DNA of 62,896 bases, the filler included, from Vannella sp. (taxonomy: Eukaryota): the NCBI GenBank assembly GCA_023345925.1. It is 5 parts of 5 records of this genome, joined end to end, with 100 filler letters (N's around TTAATTAATTAA, not from the genome) between each part and the next. Parts side by side here need not be neighbours in the genome. Positions count along the whole stretch, not along the records: positions 59,406 to 62,896 come from JAJQQN010000344.1; 4 more parts are not named here. One strand, written 5' to 3'. Below are positions 59,423 to 62,896 of the stretch, one piece after another (the first letter of the stretch is position 1; every line of letters starts with the position of its first letter). A program made the translations under genes and the position numbers. The notes beneath the pieces were generated by a model, which was not told where the DNA came from, did no database searches, and saw only the letters and a program-made list of their open reading frames with translations.

Positions 59423-62307
59423 ATGGGAAAGAGGGGAGAGCGACCCTCTTCCTCGCCAGTACCTCCAAAGAGGAGGAAAGGTGAATCGACTACTGTGCAA
59501 ACGGAGGAGTTTGAAGAACCGAGGAATGGGTCCCCAAGTGGAGGAACGGATTTTGGTTCTCTCTCTTCTGTTGGTGTTGATGGGCCTTTGGAACAAGAGC
59601 CATCCAACGTTGTAACCGAGAAACCATCTGGTAAGGTGATCCGCAGATGGTAAAGGTGGTACTCACCCGCAAACAGAGAGAACCGTTTCGGTTGTCTGTG
59701 ACATCGGCGTTGGGGATGAAGTGTTGTTCTTACAGAGCCAGAACGTGCTCCCGTTAGGCCATTTATCCCCCTCATTGTGGTGTGTGGTGTGCGCCTTTCT
59801 CCCAGACATCGACCGCATCTCTTTGGGGCTCTCATGTCGAAGGATGACTTACATCCTCGAAACTTTCGTTGGCTTAGCCCATCACCGCGGGTATCACAAA
59901 GATCTTCGTGATGAGCCTCCTGGAAGAACCTTCTTCTGTCACCGGAACCTGGTTGCTGAGAAGGTTTTTATAACTCCTTCTGTGGATCCAAAGTGGGAGA
60001 ATTACGCTCCTCCCGGGAGGTTAGTTCTACCCCACAAAGATGTTACTTCTTCTGATTAGATGTTTCTTAAAGAAAGCGCTCCTGGGACCGTATGAATCGA
60101 TGTTATCTGGAATCCAAAGATCTGGCAGAAGAGATCCTCAGAGGGGCCGAGTTGCATCCGCATACCAAAGAAGTTCTCATCCGTACTATCAAGGTACAAT
60201 CCAAATATCTCTGGAATAATCTGTCCTGGACTTTACCTTGGGCCCCTCCCCTCTCAAACGCAAATGCCTGTCCCCCAGCTGGCCTCCTTAAAGAGCTACA
60301 TGAGTTCCAGGCAGCCAATCTCGCATGGTAAGAGTTATTCTACTCTTCTTAAATCTTAATTCTAATCCCAAGTTGGATAGGATGCTTGAGCTTGAGCAAT
60401 CTGTCATGTCTGGTGAACGCTTTTACTTTTCCAGCTTGGCAAAGTTCCCCTCTCTACCTCTGTTGTTTGATTCATTTGTTGATGGACTCACTGACAAGTT
60501 CCTTCCTCTCTCTACTGCATCGTCTGACGGCGAACGCTACCAAAACTCCTTTTCTGTGAAAGGAGGTATTCTAGCAGACGGCAGAGGATTAGGCAATATG
60601 GCCTCAATGATCTCTCTTCTTCTTGCAAACCCCCGCGAAGCGGATGCCGATGGCCAATACGCTCGCTCTACCTCTGATGAAACTCTCGCTTTCGTCAGTA
60701 AAGGCTCTTTGGTGATTTGTCCCAGCCAAATGGTGAATCAATGGAAGGATGATATCGCAAAATATTCAAACCTCAAGAGCTGCACAATTACAACAGTTGT
60801 TCAACACAAAAAATTGACTTACAAGGCCCTTTTGGATGCTGATGTTGTGATTGTCTCCGAGAACTTCCTATTTACCAATGTATCTTACAAGAGGCTCGTT
60901 GAAAATGTTAAGAAGAAGCCACATCAAGCCACACAAGTGACGCGTTCTCTACCGTGCTTGCAACAGATCGACTGGCACAGAGTTATCATTGATGAGGGCC
61001 ATGGAATTCTCTCCCAACATCCCACTCCTGAATTTGTGTCAAACTTTCGCTGGTTCGTCACGAGCACACCACTTTCTGGAGGAGGGCCATCTTTGGGGGA
61101 CGCTATGAGATTTTTGGACTTGCAAACTGATCGAGCCTGCGCAACAGCTGTCTCACAGCTTGTGCTGTCACAAGCAGTCAAACATCACATTTTCCGTCGC
61201 AATACTGCAGAATCTCTCGGAGGGGGAGCAGAGGTATCAGTCATTCAGAAGCCCGTCCTGGTTCAGCTATCGCCCTTAGAAAAAGCACATTATCGAGCGT
61301 GGGGAGTTGCAGCATTTCTTGATGAAGAAAGGAAAAGAATCATCTTCGATGTAGAGAAAATTGTCAATCAGTTTCCTTCTCGTAATCAGATTCTGCCTTT
61401 TGGAGATTTGTCTAATCTAGAAAGATGCCTTGGGTATTCTAGGGCTTCTGATAGACGAGACTACGACGTACTCAGATCTTTCTGCATTTATACAGCTTTT
61501 GCGGATTTGCTGGAAGACGAAAATTCCAGCGCTTGTAGTGCATGCAACCAACCCACTAAGGGGCAGATGATTTTGTCTTGCCATCACCAACTCTGTTTCG
61601 ATTGTTTGGAGAAGCTTTATCACCAGGATTCGCTTATCTGCCCTTGTTGTGACATTCGAATGGATCTCGAGGGGTTGCAGATGCCTCACTACGACACCAT
61701 TCGCGAATTAGTCAATCCCAAACTGGATTTCGGACGCCCGGATCCAATCGAGGATATGCACTCTCGCCTCTCTACCGCTTACGGGACCAAGTTTGCTGAG
61801 ACTGTGCTTTACTTGGCAGACATTATCAAGGGTGAAGAAGGTATCAAAGTGATTGTGTATTCCAACTCCCAACCGGTGTTGAACGTTCTATCAGAGATCT
61901 TAATTCGACGGTGTGGAGGTGAGAACTCCGTGGTTGTTGGAAAAGGGAGTGCGAGTATGTGGAAGAAGATTACTAGCCGCTTCAACAGTTTGGAGAAAGG
62001 GAGTGCACGGATTATCTTACTTTCTGCTGATTCTGTTGGGGCTAATATTCCTTTGCCAGCTGCCACACACGTGCTTTTCATGGATCCCCTCCGTGGCTTC
62101 GAAAGGATTCCACCTTCTACAACAGATGTGCGAGCCAGTGATGCGCGAGTGATTGCACTCGCCAACAGTCTGGGAGAATCGAAGCAAGTCACCTCGGTTC
62201 GGATCATCGTGGAAAAGACTCAAGACCAAGAACGCTACGAGGAAGTTTACGGCTCTTTCACCAACAAAGGCCCCAAGTCAGCAAGGAGTGCCATTGCTTT
62301 TGACTAA
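59423..62307 (+). CDS. F-box + SNF2 (Rad5/SHPRH-like) + RING protein with degenerate ATPase motifs
   Basis: F-box LSPSLWCVVCAFLPDIDRISLGLSCRRM; LHEFQ..NLAWM, GGILADGRGLGN, LVICP, WHRVIIDEGH, RWFVTSTP; RING CSAC..CHH.LCFDC..CPCC; KVIVYS, ATHVLFMDP; 5' exons approximate. Confidence 0.8.
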
Positions 62308-62896
62308 GGATTTGACCTTGATCACCTGATGATAGCCCTGCTAATAAAGTCTTCCCAAAACAGCCCTCATCTGACCTCATCAAGTCCCTTTTGATGTCTT
62401 GCCCGCCCTACATCTTGAAGAGCGCTGTCCCCACCTCTCTTCATCTCTTGACAACACCCAATGCCCGTGAAGGTCCTCCTTTGCCAAAGGGCGGCATAAA
62501 CCTCTCACAAAGGCAGAAAGGACTTTGGAGCTTAAGAGCCAATAGAACGCCTCTTTCGTTTGGCCGGAAGAACCCTTCAAGAGCCAGTCCTTGCTCAAAA
62601 CTCAAAACTCAATCAGGCCAAAAGCTTTTTCAGTCACCACTTGGCGCAAGAGAAAATCCACAAGTGAGAGGGTTCACGGCCCCACTTAACCACGTCCGCT
62701 AGCCTCCTTTGAAAGTGCTTCTAAATTCGACTGCCACTGATCTCCAAATGATGTTTTTATATGTTTTTAAGAGGGCTTCTTTTCCCTCGTTTGGGGCGAT
62801 GGTCAAATGAGCCCAAAAAGCGTCCCGACTAAAATACATAAATAGTCAATTGGTGAAGGTCCCGATCGATTTTAGAGGCACTTTTCAACCAGGGCA

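Noticed and set aside
62308..62896. Short ORFs at the window end
   Set aside because: No motifs; not distinguishable from chance.

Overview
Eukaryotic (protist-like, possibly amoebozoan; taxon is inference) compact genome sequence in the standard code, with short GT-AG introns (mostly ~45-55 nt) and very short intergenic gaps. The window is five separate contigs joined by artificial 100-nt N/TTAATTAATTAA linkers (13652-13751, 29694-29793, 41778-41877, 59306-59405), so adjacency across linkers means nothing. About 27 protein-coding loci and one tRNA-Gly(GCC) can be supported. Many are housekeeping or signalling genes: PP2A B55, BRSK-like kinase, Rab7-like, TFB4, otubain, TYSND1-like, IPK, Sec14, CEPT, TBC and NPEPL1. 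The most striking structure is a surface receptor (401-4622, minus). Its LRR solenoid is encoded by ten exact 69-nt phase-2/phase-2 cassette exons that give a valid, stop-free LRR in any skipping combination. These are followed by a 66-nt-repeat mucin stalk, an intact GPS autoproteolysis site and one TM helix, making it a candidate combinatorial recognition system. Other notable items: a Crinkler-type REase+kinase with neighbouring pseudogenes, an RNF213/mysterin-like giant AAA+ protein, an AdnA/AddA-like helicase-nuclease with a mitochondrial-type presequence, an EFCAB9-like CaaX protein, a triple RhoGAP, an F-box/SNF2/RING pseudo-ATPase and a recurrent CATTTCCCC promoter-region motif. All family calls come from motif recognition by eye; no searches were run.
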